In this document: positions 48,078 through 59,112 of the stretch, in pieces
Layout: each line of letters opens with the position of its first letter
Position numbering within the stretch: position 1 is the stretch's first letter
NCBI GenBank assembly: GCA_026004035.1
Contig: BPII01000001.1
Span: 312-64,311, forward strand
Length of the DNA: 64,000 nt
Source of the DNA: Candidatus Sericytochromatia bacterium
Lineage (GTDB): Bacteria; Cyanobacteriota; Sericytochromatia; UBA7694; JACMQJ01
Reading direction: 5' to 3'
Notes under the pieces: model-generated
Database searches by the model: none
The model's input: only the letters and a program-made list of their open reading frames with translations
What the model was told of the DNA's origin: nothing
Translations under genes and position numbers: made by a program

Positions 48078-49715
48078 ATGAATGATATTATTGATAATTT
48101 ATTAGAATTAATATCAAACCAAAATATATCAAAGGATAATATACAAGTATTAAACGATATTAAAAATATAAATAATAATTGTTACGATATATTTTTAGTC
48201 ATTTCTAATGAAAATAAAGCTGTTTCTTTTATAGAGAAAAATTATATTTTATTATATAAAACAGATTTATTGAATGAAAAAAAGTTATTTTTATTCTGTA
48301 AAAAAAGTTTTGATTTATTATTACTTAATCCCTTTATATCAGTGTGTATTCCTACTTATTACAATAAAGATAGAGGTAACATTCTAGATTTTTCTATTCA
48401 AGAATGGAGCAAAAGTAAAAGTATTAATTTAAATTTGGTAGAATTTATAATTGTTGAAAATGGTTCTAATTATTATAAAGAAGATATTTTGAATAAATAT
48501 AAATTAAAAATAAGTTTAAATAAGATAAAAGAAGCTAATCTTGGAAAAGCAAGAAAAATATCAGTAGAAAAATCTAATTCAAAAATTTTACTTTTAGTAA
48601 ATGATGATACAATACCAAGTACTAATTTGTTAGAAAAACATTTATTTTATCAATTAATAAATTACAAAAGAAATATAGCTATATTAGGAAAATTTATTTT
48701 TCATAAAAAGGTTTTAGATAATAATTTTATGAAAATAATAAATGATTCTAATAGTCTTTTTGTTCAAAATAAATTAATAAATGATAAGGAATATAATTAT
48801 TATAAATTATTTATAACGAATAATATTTCAATAAAAAAAGATTTAATTTTAAAAGTCGGTAATTTTTCTGAAGATATCAAGAAAGAAGGTGAAGATACAG
48901 ATTTAGGCTACAGATTACTTAATAAAATAAATCTAAAAATTATTTTTAAAGAAGACTTAATTTCATATCACTTACATAAGCATGATATTAATTCTTATAT
49001 AGATGTTTTGAAAAGAAGAGTAATCACTGGTTATAAAATTATTAGTAAATATTCAAATGAAAAGGTGTATTTTAGTTTAGATAAAATGAGTATTGATTAT
49101 ACTCTTCCTTCAGAAATATTTATAAACTATATTATTAATAATAATGATAATTTATTCTTAAAATATTATGTTCAATTTATAAACTTTTGCTCATATATTT
49201 GTGCAAACTTAGATCTTTTATTTAAGGAGTTTAATAAAAAACTACATAAAGAAATAAATTATATAAATAATATAGAGAATGTTATTAATTTAATACACAA
49301 AAAAAATAAAAAATATATTGATGTTCTAAATTTAAAAAATTACTATTTATATGATAATAATTCTTTTATTTATGATATTTTTAATAACGATTTTGATTTT
49401 ATTTTAAAATATGATGAAGATTTTATACCTGTTCCATATACTAATTATCTTTTTATAAATGTTAAAAATAATATAGATAAAAACATTGAAGTAATATTTG
49501 GAAACTCTTTTTCATTTGATAATTTAAAGAAAGAAGTTAATTTTGAAAAAAATAAAAATATATTCTTTTCTAAAAAGACTTTAATTAAAAAGAGCTATTT
49601 ACTTGAAAATAAAATTGTTGATATAGATTTAAATTTATTCAAAAATGAGAATTATTTTCATATTTCAACGCCTCTTACATCTATAAAAGTAGATAGTATT
49701 TTGAATAAATTTTAA
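48078..49715 (+). CDS. Family 2 glycosyltransferase with N- and C-terminal extensions
   Basis: VCIPTYYNKD, LLLVNDDTIPS, GEDTDLGYRL: GT2 landmarks in the central region. Confidence 0.7.
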   Translation: MNDIIDNLLELISNQNISKDNIQVLNDIKNINNNCYDIFLVISNENKAVSFIEKNYILLYKTDLLNEKKLFLFCKKSFDLLLLNPFISVCIPTYYNKDRGNILDFSIQEWSKSKSINLNLVEFIIVENGSNYYKEDILNKYKLKISLNKIKEANLGKARKISVEKSNSKILLLVNDDTIPSTNLLEKHLFYQLINYKRNIAILGKFIFHKKVLDNNFMKIINDSNSLFVQNKLINDKEYNYYKLFITNNISIKKDLILKVGNFSEDIKKEGEDTDLGYRLLNKINLKIIFKEDLISYHLHKHDINSYIDVLKRRVITGYKIISKYSNEKVYFSLDKMSIDYTLPSEIFINYIINNNDNLFLKYYVQFINFCSYICANLDLLFKEFNKKLHKEINYINNIENVINLIHKKNKKYIDVLNLKNYYLYDNNSFIYDIFNNDFDFILKYDEDFIPVPYTNYLFINVKNNIDKNIEVIFGNSFSFDNLKKEVNFEKNKNIFFSKKTLIKKSYLLENKIVDIDLNLFKNENYFHISTPLTSIKVDSILNKF

Positions 49716-50491
49716 AAGTTTTCTAAAAAAGAAAATATTGTTTTAAAGTTTTCAATATCCTTTTTAGTTCCTGCTATAAATCCTTTAGAAACTTTTAAAT
49801 CTTTTTGATTAAAAATGTTTTCTTTTTTATCAAATCTTATAACACTTTTACCACTATCTAAAACTAAACCTATACCAGCGCAAATATCCCATTCAGCTTT
49901 TGGTGATAATGTAATGTATATATTATCTTTACCACCAGCAATTCTTAAAAGTTTGTATGCTACACTTCCTATTTTCTTTAGAGGGTATTTATCATTTATA
50001 AATATGTCTAAATTACCTCTACTCATTTCTGAAGAACTGACAATTATAGACATATCATCATTTTCATAGTTATTTTTATTAAAATGATTACTAAATATTA
50101 GGTTATCCCATTTATTGCTTATTCCATATTCTAGAGTTATTGGATTTATTATAGAACTTATAACCGGTATTCCATTTCTAACAAGTGCTACTGAAATAGA
50201 AAATTCTGGTATTTTCTTTATTAATTTACTAGTTCCATCTATTGGATCTACAATCCATACAAACTCTTTATTAAGTCTTTCTAGATTATCAGCTGATTCT
50301 TCTGAAAGCCAACCTGATTTTGGCAATAATTTTGTCAATTTATTTTTTAAAAAGTCATTTATTTTAATATCTACTTCCGTAACAGGGCTACTATCATTTT
50401 TTATGTTAATTTCAAAACCTTTATCATAATAATCTCTAATTATGTTAGATGCTGTTAGCAGAATTTCTAATATATCATCATTTTTTATCAT
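49712..50491 (-). CDS. Inositol monophosphatase family protein (SuhB/CysQ-like)
   Basis: SEE...WIVDPIDGTSKL and EWDICAG motifs. Confidence 0.8.
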   Translation of the reverse strand: MIKNDDILEILLTASNIIRDYYDKGFEINIKNDSSPVTEVDIKINDFLKNKLTKLLPKSGWLSEESADNLERLNKEFVWIVDPIDGTSKLIKKIPEFSISVALVRNGIPVISSIINPITLEYGISNKWDNLIFSNHFNKNNYENDDMSIIVSSSEMSRGNLDIFINDKYPLKKIGSVAYKLLRIAGGKDNIYITLSPKAEWDICAGIGLVLDSGKSVIRFDKKENIFNQKDLKVSKGFIAGTKKDIENFKTIFSFLENF

Positions 50492-50496
50492 TAAAA

Positions 50497-52239
50497 TTAA
50501 AAATCCATTTTATTTTCTTCTAAAATTTTATTTATAAAATCATCTAATTTAATTGTACCTAAATTTCCTTCTCTAATATGTCTTAAACTAATAGAATTTG
50601 TTTCAATTTCTTTATCACCAATAACTAACATATAAGGTACTTTTTGTAATTGAGCTTCTCTTATTTTATAATTCATAGTCTCATGTTTATCATTGAAATA
50701 TATTCTTAGATTTAATTCATTAAATTTTTTCTCTAAATCTTTACAAAATTCTTTATGTTTATCTGAAATATTAATAATTACTCCTTGAATAGGTGCTAAC
50801 CATATCGGAAAAATCCCTGCATAATGCTCTATTAATATTCCAATAAATCTTTCTAAACTACCATACATTGCACGATGTATTACAATAGGTGTTTTGTATT
50901 CATTATTTTTATCAACATAAGTTAATTCAAATCTTCTTGGAAGTTGAAAATCTAATTGAGTTGTAGCTGTTTGATGTTCTCTACCTAAGGCATCATACAC
51001 TAAATAATCTATTTTAGGTCCATAAAAAGCACCATCTCCAGGATTTATAGAATATTCTAATTGATTTTCTTTTATTACTTCCTCAAGTATTTTTTCAGCA
51101 TTATTCCAAAGTTCTATATCTCCCATAAATTTTTCAGGTCTTGTTGATAAAACTACTTTAAATCTCATATCAAAAACACTATATATTCTTTTAATCATTC
51201 GTATTATTCCATTTATTTCGTCTTTTAATTGTTCTTCTGTTACAAATAAATGAGCATCATCTTGAGAAAACATTCTAACTCTTGTTAAGCCACCTAGAGC
51301 ACCTGAAGCTTCATTTCTATGTAAAACTCCTTGGTCATGAATTCTCATAGGTAAGTCTCTATAACTTCTTAATTGATTTTTGAAAATAAGCATATGAGAA
51401 GGACAATTCATTGCTTTTAGAGCGTAAATTTCTTCTTGGTTTTCAAAAGAAAACATGTTTTCTTTATAATGTTCCCAATGTCCTGAAATCTCCCATAAAT
51501 CTTTCTTAAATAATTGAGGTGTTCTAACTTCAACATAACCATTTCTATAGTTATATTCTCTTATCTTATTTGAAAGTATTTGAAAAAGGGTATTTCCTTT
51601 TGGTAGCCAAAATATAGAGCCGGGGGAATATGGGTGCATAAAAAAAAGTTCCATTTCTTTTCCTAATTTTCTATGATCTCTTTTTTTAGCTTCTTCAATT
51701 TGAAATAAATATTTGTCTAAATCTTCTTTTGTTTTCCATGCTGTTCCATATATTCTTTGTAACATTGGATTTTTTTCATCACCTCTCCAATATGCACCTG
51801 ATACTTTTAGTAATTTAAAATTTTTACATTGCTTTGTATATTTTACATGAGGACCGGCACATAAATCTATAAAGTTACCTTCTTTATATATAGATACATT
51901 TTCAGATTCTATACCATTTATTATTTCCAATTTATAATCTTGATTATTTTCTTTAAACCATTTTATAGCTTTATCTTTGCTCCATTCTTCATGAATAAAC
52001 TGATTATTTGATTTTATTATTTCCTTCATTTTTTTTTCAATATTTTCTAAATCATCTTCACTTATAGTTTTTGGTAAATCTATATCATAGTAAAAACCAT
52101 CTTTTATTACAGGACCTATAGCAAATTTTGCATTCGGGTATAATTCTTGAATGGCATGAGCCATTATATGAGCAGTTGAATGTCTTATGCAATGTAGTTC
52201 ATAATCTGGATTATCTTTTTCAATTTTATTTTCATCCAT
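50497..52239 (-). CDS. thrS: Threonine--tRNA ligase (appears to lack the N-terminal TGS domain)
   Basis: The editing-domain motif IRHSTAHIMAHAIQ lies at residue ~19 rather than ~70. Class II core present (FRNEASGALGGLTRVRMFSQDDAHLF), plus a C-terminal anticodon-binding domain. Confidence 0.93.
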   Translation of the reverse strand: MDENKIEKDNPDYELHCIRHSTAHIMAHAIQELYPNAKFAIGPVIKDGFYYDIDLPKTISEDDLENIEKKMKEIIKSNNQFIHEEWSKDKAIKWFKENNQDYKLEIINGIESENVSIYKEGNFIDLCAGPHVKYTKQCKNFKLLKVSGAYWRGDEKNPMLQRIYGTAWKTKEDLDKYLFQIEEAKKRDHRKLGKEMELFFMHPYSPGSIFWLPKGNTLFQILSNKIREYNYRNGYVEVRTPQLFKKDLWEISGHWEHYKENMFSFENQEEIYALKAMNCPSHMLIFKNQLRSYRDLPMRIHDQGVLHRNEASGALGGLTRVRMFSQDDAHLFVTEEQLKDEINGIIRMIKRIYSVFDMRFKVVLSTRPEKFMGDIELWNNAEKILEEVIKENQLEYSINPGDGAFYGPKIDYLVYDALGREHQTATTQLDFQLPRRFELTYVDKNNEYKTPIVIHRAMYGSLERFIGILIEHYAGIFPIWLAPIQGVIINISDKHKEFCKDLEKKFNELNLRIYFNDKHETMNYKIREAQLQKVPYMLVIGDKEIETNSISLRHIREGNLGTIKLDDFINKILEENKMDF

Positions 52240-52245
52240 AATAAA

Positions 52246-53490
52246 TTAACTCCAAATGAATGATAAATACCCAGGATTTTCTTTAGTATAATTATTTAAT
52301 TTTTCAGCTTCTTTATTTAAAGCTTCAGCCCTTATTTTTATAAACTCATTTTCAGAAAAATCTACTATAATATCTACTAACTTATAAACAGCATTTGAAT
52401 TGTCAATTTTTGACATATTTTCTACAATTTCAGAATATAAATTTTTATTTTCAATAAAACTTTTTATATGTTTTCTTATATCTTCTTTATTATTAGCTTT
52501 TAAAGCTATTTTATTTTCCAAAGCATATTCTAAATTTCCTCTTTCTTGAATCATTACACCATTAAGAGCTTCTAAAATTAATGGTCTTTTTTTAGCAGTA
52601 GCTTCAGCAATTATAGCTGGTCCTGGCTTACCAATAACTATATCGCAAGCATCCATTAATAAATTCATTTCTTGAGTAAATCCAATAACTTTGATTTTTA
52701 ATCTTGAATTACTAGAATAATCTGTTAATTCTTTTGTTTGTTTTTCATTTTTTCCACAGCATACAATCAGTTGAATATCTAAATTAGTATTATCTAAATA
52801 CTTTGTTATTATTCCAACCTCTTTTGTTCCAACTCCACCTGAAGTTATTAAAGCTGTAAATTTGTTTTTGTCTAACCCTAATATTTCTCTTGCCTCTTCT
52901 TTAGATTTTGAATCATTTGTAAAGCTAGGATTTATTGGCACACCATTTAATACTCTTATTTTATTCTCAGGCATTCCATACTCAACAAGTTGATTTTTAC
53001 AGATTTCTAGTGGAGCAAGCATTAAATCTACTTCAGGATGGACCCACCCTTTTACAAAACCTTTTGTTGGATCAGTACAACAAATAATAAATGGAATTTT
53101 TTTATCCCAGTTATTTTTCTTAAATATCTCACTTATAAAAGCATTAACACCTGAATTAACTGATAGTATTATATCAGGATTTAAGGATTTAAAGTATTTA
53201 GAAACTCTTTCTACAACTTTTGGAAAAAAATTTACTAAGGATTTATCACCTCTTGAAGCATTTAGTAAGCCAAATCCCCATATACAAAATTTTGTATTTG
53301 TTCTCAATAAATAATCATATATATCATTTAAAAAATTTATTATCTTACTACCTGTTAATTTTGGTCCATCTAGTAATATGACGTTATATTGTGGATATTT
53401 TTCATTTAAAGCTTTCTCAATAGCTTTTGCAGTGCTATAATGACCACCACCTGCACAAGAATATATTACTAGTATATTTTTTTTTTTCAT
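52246..53490 (-). CDS. MGDG-synthase-like / GT28 diacylglycerol glycosyltransferase
   Basis: N-terminus ILVIYSCAGGGHYSTAKAI typical of the MGDG_synth/UgtP family. C-terminal GT-B fold signature (ITSGGVGT...GKPGPAIIAEA). Confidence 0.7.
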   Translation of the reverse strand: MKKKNILVIYSCAGGGHYSTAKAIEKALNEKYPQYNVILLDGPKLTGSKIINFLNDIYDYLLRTNTKFCIWGFGLLNASRGDKSLVNFFPKVVERVSKYFKSLNPDIILSVNSGVNAFISEIFKKNNWDKKIPFIICCTDPTKGFVKGWVHPEVDLMLAPLEICKNQLVEYGMPENKIRVLNGVPINPSFTNDSKSKEEAREILGLDKNKFTALITSGGVGTKEVGIITKYLDNTNLDIQLIVCCGKNEKQTKELTDYSSNSRLKIKVIGFTQEMNLLMDACDIVIGKPGPAIIAEATAKKRPLILEALNGVMIQERGNLEYALENKIALKANNKEDIRKHIKSFIENKNLYSEIVENMSKIDNSNAVYKLVDIIVDFSENEFIKIRAEALNKEAEKLNNYTKENPGYLSFIWS

Positions 53491-53800
53491 AAATTACAAC
53501 CAAAATTAAATTAATTAATATAATAAAATTTATATTTACTTTTAATTATTTTCTAAATAAAAATTAAGAAATAAACTATAGACATCAATACTATGAACAT
53601 AATTTAAATGCACTCGGATTAAGTTATAGAAAAGGAATTTGAGAGAGTATTTTACACTTTATTATTTTTTTATTTTTTAAGTTATTTTTTGAATTATTAA
53701 TTTTTCGACAGAATAAGAGTTATTAATAATACCTAAAACTAATGCAAGTACTAATTAACTACATAACTTTTCACAAAAATTTTAAAGCTAAACTGGTATA

Positions 53801-53809
53801 TGTTATAAT
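53801..53809 (+). promoter_or_regulatory. Candidate extended -10 promoter element (TGtTATAAT)
   Basis: Sequence tgttataat lies 28 nt upstream of the aceE ATG, in a 346-bp intergenic region. Confidence 0.3.
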
Positions 53810-53836
53810 CTTATAATATTATTTTTAGTAGTTAAA

Positions 53837-56479
53837 ATGGAGAATATAGAAAAAAAAGAATGGTTAGAATCATTAGAATATATAATAAAAACTTATGGTA
53901 ATGATATAACAACTGAACTTTTAAGGGATTTAAAAACTTATGCTTACAAAAAAGGAGTTAAAATACCATTTACAGCTAATACACCATATATAAATACTAT
54001 ACCTGTTGAAGAACAACCTGTATTTCCTGGTAGCATAGAAATAGAAAAAAGAATAAGAAGTATTATAAGATGGAATGCTATGGCAATGGTTGTAAGAGCT
54101 AATAGAATTGATTCAAGTATTGGTGGTCATATATCAACTTATGCTTCAGCTGCAACTCTTTATGAAGTAGGTTTTAATCATTTTTTTAGAGCTAGAACTG
54201 AAGATTTTGAAGGTGATTTAGTTTATATACAAGGTCATGCTTCACCAGGCATATATGCAAGAGCATTTCTTGAAGGTAGAATAACAGAAAAACAACTAGA
54301 AAATTTTAGAAGAGAATTATCTAAAGAAGGTGGCATTTCATCATATCCTCATCCTTGGTTAATGCCTGATTTTTGGCAATTTCCTACTGTTTCTATGGGA
54401 TTAAGTCCTTTAATGGCAATATACCAAGCAAGATTTAATAGATATTTAGAAGATAGAGAATTAAAAAAACATTCTGACTCTAAAGTATGGGTATTTTTAG
54501 GTGATGGTGAAACAGATGAACCTGAAACATTAGGTGCTATTTCTTTAGCAGCTAGAGAAAAACTAGATAACTTAATTTTTGTTATAAATTGTAATTTACA
54601 AAGATTAGATGGTCCTGTAAGAGGAAATGGAAATATAATACAAGAATTAGAGGCAGTTTTTAAAGGTGCAGGTTGGAATGTTATAAAAGTTATATGGGGT
54701 AATGAATGGGATCATTTTCTTAAACTTGATAAAGACGGTTTGCTTGTAAAAAGGATGAATGAACTTATTGATGGAGAATCTCAAAAATACGTTGTAGAAG
54801 GTGGATCATATATAAGGAAACATTTTTGGGGCAAATACCCTGAACTTTTGAAAATGGTAGAACATTATACAGATGAACAATTAGAAAAAATGAGAAGAGG
54901 AGGACACGAAGCTGAAAAAGTTTATGCAGCATATAAAAAAGCAGTAGAAAATAAAGGCTCTCCAACTGTAATACTTGCAAGAACTGTAAAAGGTTATGGA
55001 TTAGGTGAAGCAGGAGAAGGTAGAAATATTACTCATCAACAAAAAAAATTAAATGAAGATGAATTAAAACGTTTTAGAACAAGATTTGGCATACCTTTAT
55101 CTGATGAAGAAGTTGTTAAAGCACCTTTTTACAAACCAGATGAAAATAGCCCTGAAATGAAATATTTAAGAGAAAGAAGAAGACAATTAGGTGGTTATAT
55201 TCCAAAAAGAATAGTTAAAAATATTCCTTTTGAATTGCCAAAAGAAGATTTATTCTTAGAATTCTTAAAAGGTTCTGAAGGTAGAGAAGTTTCTACTACA
55301 ATGGTATTTGTAAATATATTATCAAAATTAATGAAAGATAAAAATATAGGAAAAAATATTGTTCCAATTGTACCTGATGAAGCAAGAACTTTTGGAATGG
55401 AAGCATTTTTTAGACAATTTGGTATATATTCTCATATAGGACAATTATACGAACCTGTTGATGCTGCTAATTTTCTTTATTACAAAGAAGCAAAAGATGG
55501 ACAATTATTAGAAGAAGGCATAACCGAAGCAGGAGCTATGTCTTCGTTTATAGCAGCTGGAACTTCGTATGCAACACATGGTATAAATATGATACCTTTC
55601 TTTATCTATTATTCAATGTTTGGTTTTCAAAGAATAGGTGATTTAGCTTGGGCTGCTGGAGATATGAGAACAAAAGGATTTATGATAGGAGGAACAGCTG
55701 GAAGAACTACATTAGCTGGTGAAGGATTACAACATCAAGATGGACATAGCTTGTTACTAGCTTACCCTATACCTAATTTAATAATATATGATCCTGCATA
55801 TGCTTATGAATTAGCTGTAATAATAGAAGATGGAATAAGAAGAATGTATTTTAATAAAGAAAACAAATTTTATTATATTACAGTTATGAATGAAAATTAT
55901 GTAATGCCACCTATTCCTGAAAATGTTAAAAAAGAAGAAATATTAAAGGGTTTATATAGATTTAAAAAATCTAAAATTAAATCTGATAAAAAAGCACATT
56001 TATTTGGAAGTGGTGCAATAATGAATGAGGTAATAAAAGCATCAAAAATTCTTGAAGAAAATTATTTTGTATCAACTGATGTATGGAGTATAACAAGTTA
56101 TAAAAATTTACACATAGACATATTAGAATGTGAAAGATTAAACATGTTAGAACCTGAAAAAGAATTTATACCTTATATAAAACAGGTACTAAAAGATGAA
56201 AAAGGAGTTTTTATTACAGCATCAGATTATGTTCAAATTTTAGGTGACTCTATTTCAAAGTACTTTCCAGGAAAACATCAAGCTTTAGGTACTTACGGAT
56301 TTGGAAGAAGTGATACTAGAGAAGCTCTAAGAAACTTTTTTGAAGTATCAGCTAATTACATAGCTTTTAGAGCTTTAAGCTTATTATATAGAGAAAATAA
56401 ACTAAGTATTGAAACTTTAAAAAATGCTATGAGAGATCTAAACATAGATGTTAGTAAGAAAAATCCTTTTATTGATTAG
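53837..56479 (+). CDS. aceE: Pyruvate dehydrogenase E1 component, homodimeric AceE type
   Basis: 880 aa. N-terminus KEWLESLEYIIKTYG is AceE-like. TPP motif region GDGETDEPETLGAI...NLIFVINCNLQRLDGPVRGN. Confidence 0.93.
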   Translation: MENIEKKEWLESLEYIIKTYGNDITTELLRDLKTYAYKKGVKIPFTANTPYINTIPVEEQPVFPGSIEIEKRIRSIIRWNAMAMVVRANRIDSSIGGHISTYASAATLYEVGFNHFFRARTEDFEGDLVYIQGHASPGIYARAFLEGRITEKQLENFRRELSKEGGISSYPHPWLMPDFWQFPTVSMGLSPLMAIYQARFNRYLEDRELKKHSDSKVWVFLGDGETDEPETLGAISLAAREKLDNLIFVINCNLQRLDGPVRGNGNIIQELEAVFKGAGWNVIKVIWGNEWDHFLKLDKDGLLVKRMNELIDGESQKYVVEGGSYIRKHFWGKYPELLKMVEHYTDEQLEKMRRGGHEAEKVYAAYKKAVENKGSPTVILARTVKGYGLGEAGEGRNITHQQKKLNEDELKRFRTRFGIPLSDEEVVKAPFYKPDENSPEMKYLRERRRQLGGYIPKRIVKNIPFELPKEDLFLEFLKGSEGREVSTTMVFVNILSKLMKDKNIGKNIVPIVPDEARTFGMEAFFRQFGIYSHIGQLYEPVDAANFLYYKEAKDGQLLEEGITEAGAMSSFIAAGTSYATHGINMIPFFIYYSMFGFQRIGDLAWAAGDMRTKGFMIGGTAGRTTLAGEGLQHQDGHSLLLAYPIPNLIIYDPAYAYELAVIIEDGIRRMYFNKENKFYYITVMNENYVMPPIPENVKKEEILKGLYRFKKSKIKSDKKAHLFGSGAIMNEVIKASKILEENYFVSTDVWSITSYKNLHIDILECERLNMLEPEKEFIPYIKQVLKDEKGVFITASDYVQILGDSISKYFPGKHQALGTYGFGRSDTREALRNFFEVSANYIAFRALSLLYRENKLSIETLKNAMRDLNIDVSKKNPFID

Positions 56480-56492
56480 TAGATAGGTGCTT

Positions 56493-58160
56493 ATGGAAAA
56501 AGAAATAAAATTACCAGTATTAGGAGATAATATATCAAGTAGTGAAGTAGTGAAAATATTGGTAAAAGAAGGTGATAGTGTTGTTGAGGGTCAAGCTTTA
56601 GCTGAATTTTCATCTGATAAAGCTACAATAGAGTTACCATCCGAATTTCAAGGAATTATTAAAAAAGTATTTATTAAAGAAGGTGATTCTGTTAAAATTA
56701 ATGATAAACTTTTTTTAATTGAAGTAAAAAATAATAGTAATAATAATATTTTAAGTAAAACAGAAAATGACAATAATAAATTTACATCTCAAGATAAAGT
56801 TATCATAGAAAATAATATTAAAGAAAAAGATATAAAAGAAAATATCCAAAAAGAAATAAGATTACCTATATTAGGTGATAATATATCAAGTAGTGAAGTA
56901 GTGAAAATATTGGTAAAAGAAGGTGATAGTGTTGTTGAGGGTCAAGCTTTAGCTGAATTTTCATCTGATAAGGCTACAATAGAATTACCATCCGAATTTC
57001 AAGGAACTATTAAAAAAATATTTATTAAAGAAGGCGATTCCGTTAAAGTTAATGATTTATTATTTACTATTGAATTAAAGAATGGCAATAATCAAGATAT
57101 TCAAAAAAATTCTTTATTAGATGAAAAAAATATTAATAATAAAGAATATCAAGAAGAGAATTTTTCAATAATAGCTCGAGAAGGTGAAAAAAATAATTTG
57201 CAAAAAATTGAAAGAGAACAATTAGAAATAAATTCAGATTTTAAACTATCAAATAATATAATTCCAGCTTCTCCATCTGTAAGAAGATTTGCTAGAGAAA
57301 TTGGTATTGATATATTAAAGGTAAAAGGTAGTGGTAAAAATGGAAGAATAACTATAGATGATGTTAAGAAATTCTCTAAAAGTTTAAATGAAAATAGAAT
57401 TTCTTTAAATTTAAGTAATAATCAAGAGAAATACTTTGAAGTATTACCTGATTTTTCAAAATGGGGTAATATTGAAAAAGAAAAAATGAATAATATAAGA
57501 CATAAAACAGCACAACATCTTAGTTTTGCATGGAATACAATACCTCATGTTACTCAGTTTATAAAAGTTGATATAACAGAACTTGAAAAATTAAGAAAAA
57601 AACACTCTCAAACTATAGAAAAGAGCGGAGCAAAATTAACTATAACTTCTATATTAGTTAAATTTATAACTTATGCTTTAAAAAAGTTTCCTAAATTTAA
57701 TTGTAGTATAGATTTAGAAAATAAAGAAATAATATATAAAAGCTATTATAATATAGGTGTAGCAGTAGATACACCTAAAGGATTGCTAGTACCTGTTATA
57801 AGAAATGCAGACCAAAAAAACTTAATGGATATATCATTAGAATTAAAAACAATTTCAGAAAAAGCTAGAGATTTTAAGCTTTCTTTAGAAGATATGCAAG
57901 GAGCAACATTTACAATAACAAATTTAGGTGGTATAGAAGGTGATTATTTTACACCTATAATTAATTATCCTGAAGTAGCAATACTTGGTGTTTCAAAATC
58001 AAAAATTGAACCTGTTTATATAGATAATAAATTTGAAGCAAGATTAATCCTTCCTTTATCATTATCTTATGACCATAGAATAATAGATGGTGCTGATGCA
58101 GCTAGATTTCTAAAATATTTAAAAGAGATTTTAGAAGATAATTTTTTTATTTTTATTTAA
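56493..58160 (+). CDS. aceF: Dihydrolipoamide acetyltransferase (E2) with two lipoyl domains
   Basis: Two lipoyl domains each carrying SDKATIELPS. E3-binding domain ASPSVRRFAREIGIDILKVKGSGKNGRITIDDV. Catalytic SYDHRIIDGA. A GTG at 56487 is an alternative start. Confidence 0.9.
   Translation: MEKEIKLPVLGDNISSSEVVKILVKEGDSVVEGQALAEFSSDKATIELPSEFQGIIKKVFIKEGDSVKINDKLFLIEVKNNSNNNILSKTENDNNKFTSQDKVIIENNIKEKDIKENIQKEIRLPILGDNISSSEVVKILVKEGDSVVEGQALAEFSSDKATIELPSEFQGTIKKIFIKEGDSVKVNDLLFTIELKNGNNQDIQKNSLLDEKNINNKEYQEENFSIIAREGEKNNLQKIEREQLEINSDFKLSNNIIPASPSVRRFAREIGIDILKVKGSGKNGRITIDDVKKFSKSLNENRISLNLSNNQEKYFEVLPDFSKWGNIEKEKMNNIRHKTAQHLSFAWNTIPHVTQFIKVDITELEKLRKKHSQTIEKSGAKLTITSILVKFITYALKKFPKFNCSIDLENKEIIYKSYYNIGVAVDTPKGLLVPVIRNADQKNLMDISLELKTISEKARDFKLSLEDMQGATFTITNLGGIEGDYFTPIINYPEVAILGVSKSKIEPVYIDNKFEARLILPLSLSYDHRIIDGADAARFLKYLKEILEDNFFIFI
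56501..57056 (+). repeat. Intragenic direct duplication of about 205 nt (lipoyl domain 1 vs 2), offset 351 nt
   Basis: 56501-56705 and 56852-57056 are near-identical, including an uninterrupted identical run of roughly 95 nt (gataatatatcaagtagtgaag...tcatctgataa). Confidence 0.85.
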
Positions 58161-58209
58161 AAAATATAAAATAGTGTTCAAATTTGAGTTTAATTTTTTA
58201 ATAGGTTAG

Positions 58210-59112
58210 ATGAATAAGTACTTAATATCAAACTTTTTTAAAGATTTACAAAATGATATTTGTAAGGATTTGGAGATAGAAGATGGTAAATCACAATTTA
58301 AAGAAGATTTATGGGAAAGAACAGGTGGTGGTGGAGGTAGAACAAGAATAATATCAAATGGAAATATAATAGAAAAAGGGGGGGTAAATTTTTCAGCTGT
58401 TTATGGTGAAATACCTTCTAAAGTAAAAAATTATTTGAATGTAGAAGGTAAAATTTTTTTTGCAACAGGAGTTAGTGTAGTAATTCATCCTCTAAGTCCT
58501 ATGATACCTATAATACATATGAATGTTAGATATTTTGAAATAGACAATAATTTATACTGGTTTGGTGGTGGCATAGATTTAACACCACATTATGTAAATA
58601 AAAAAGATGCATATTATTTTCATAATGAATTAAAAAAAATTTGTGATAAATATGATAAAAATTACTATCAAAGATTTAAAAAGTCGGCTGATGATTATTT
58701 TTTCATAAAACATAGAAACGAAACAAGAGGTATAGGAGGAATATTTTTTGATAGATTAAATGAAATTAATGAAAATAAAACAAAAGAAGAATTATTTAAT
58801 TTTGTTAAAGATATTGGAAATTCATTTTCAAGAATTTATATAAATTTAATAAGAGAAAATAAAAATAAAACTTATTCAGATAAAGAAAAATTATGGCAAT
58901 CTATTAGAAGAAGTAGATATGTAGAATTTAATTTAATTTATGATGCTGGCACTAAATTTGGATTAGAAACAAACGGAAGAACAGAATCAATATTAATGAG
59001 CTTACCACCTCAAGCAATATGGTTATATGACTATAAACCAGAAAAAAACTCCAAAGAAGAAGAAACTCTAAATTTACTAAAAAAAGGTATAAATTTTTTA
59101 GAATATGAATAA
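58210..59112 (+). CDS. hemF: Oxygen-dependent coproporphyrinogen III oxidase
   Basis: 300 aa. WERTGGGGGRTRII, HPLSPMIPIIHMNVRYFE, GIGGIFFD, RYVEFNLIYD.GTKFGL: HemF landmarks. Confidence 0.9.
   Translation: MNKYLISNFFKDLQNDICKDLEIEDGKSQFKEDLWERTGGGGGRTRIISNGNIIEKGGVNFSAVYGEIPSKVKNYLNVEGKIFFATGVSVVIHPLSPMIPIIHMNVRYFEIDNNLYWFGGGIDLTPHYVNKKDAYYFHNELKKICDKYDKNYYQRFKKSADDYFFIKHRNETRGIGGIFFDRLNEINENKTKEELFNFVKDIGNSFSRIYINLIRENKNKTYSDKEKLWQSIRRSRYVEFNLIYDAGTKFGLETNGRTESILMSLPPQAIWLYDYKPEKNSKEEETLNLLKKGINFLEYE

Noticed and set aside
53491-53836. Possible TPP riboswitch or other leader upstream of aceE
   Set aside because: I could not find the conserved TPP-riboswitch elements (CUGAGA ... ACCUGAUCUGGAUAAUGCCAGCG-like) or any convincing conserved stem structure. 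The region is simply AT-rich.
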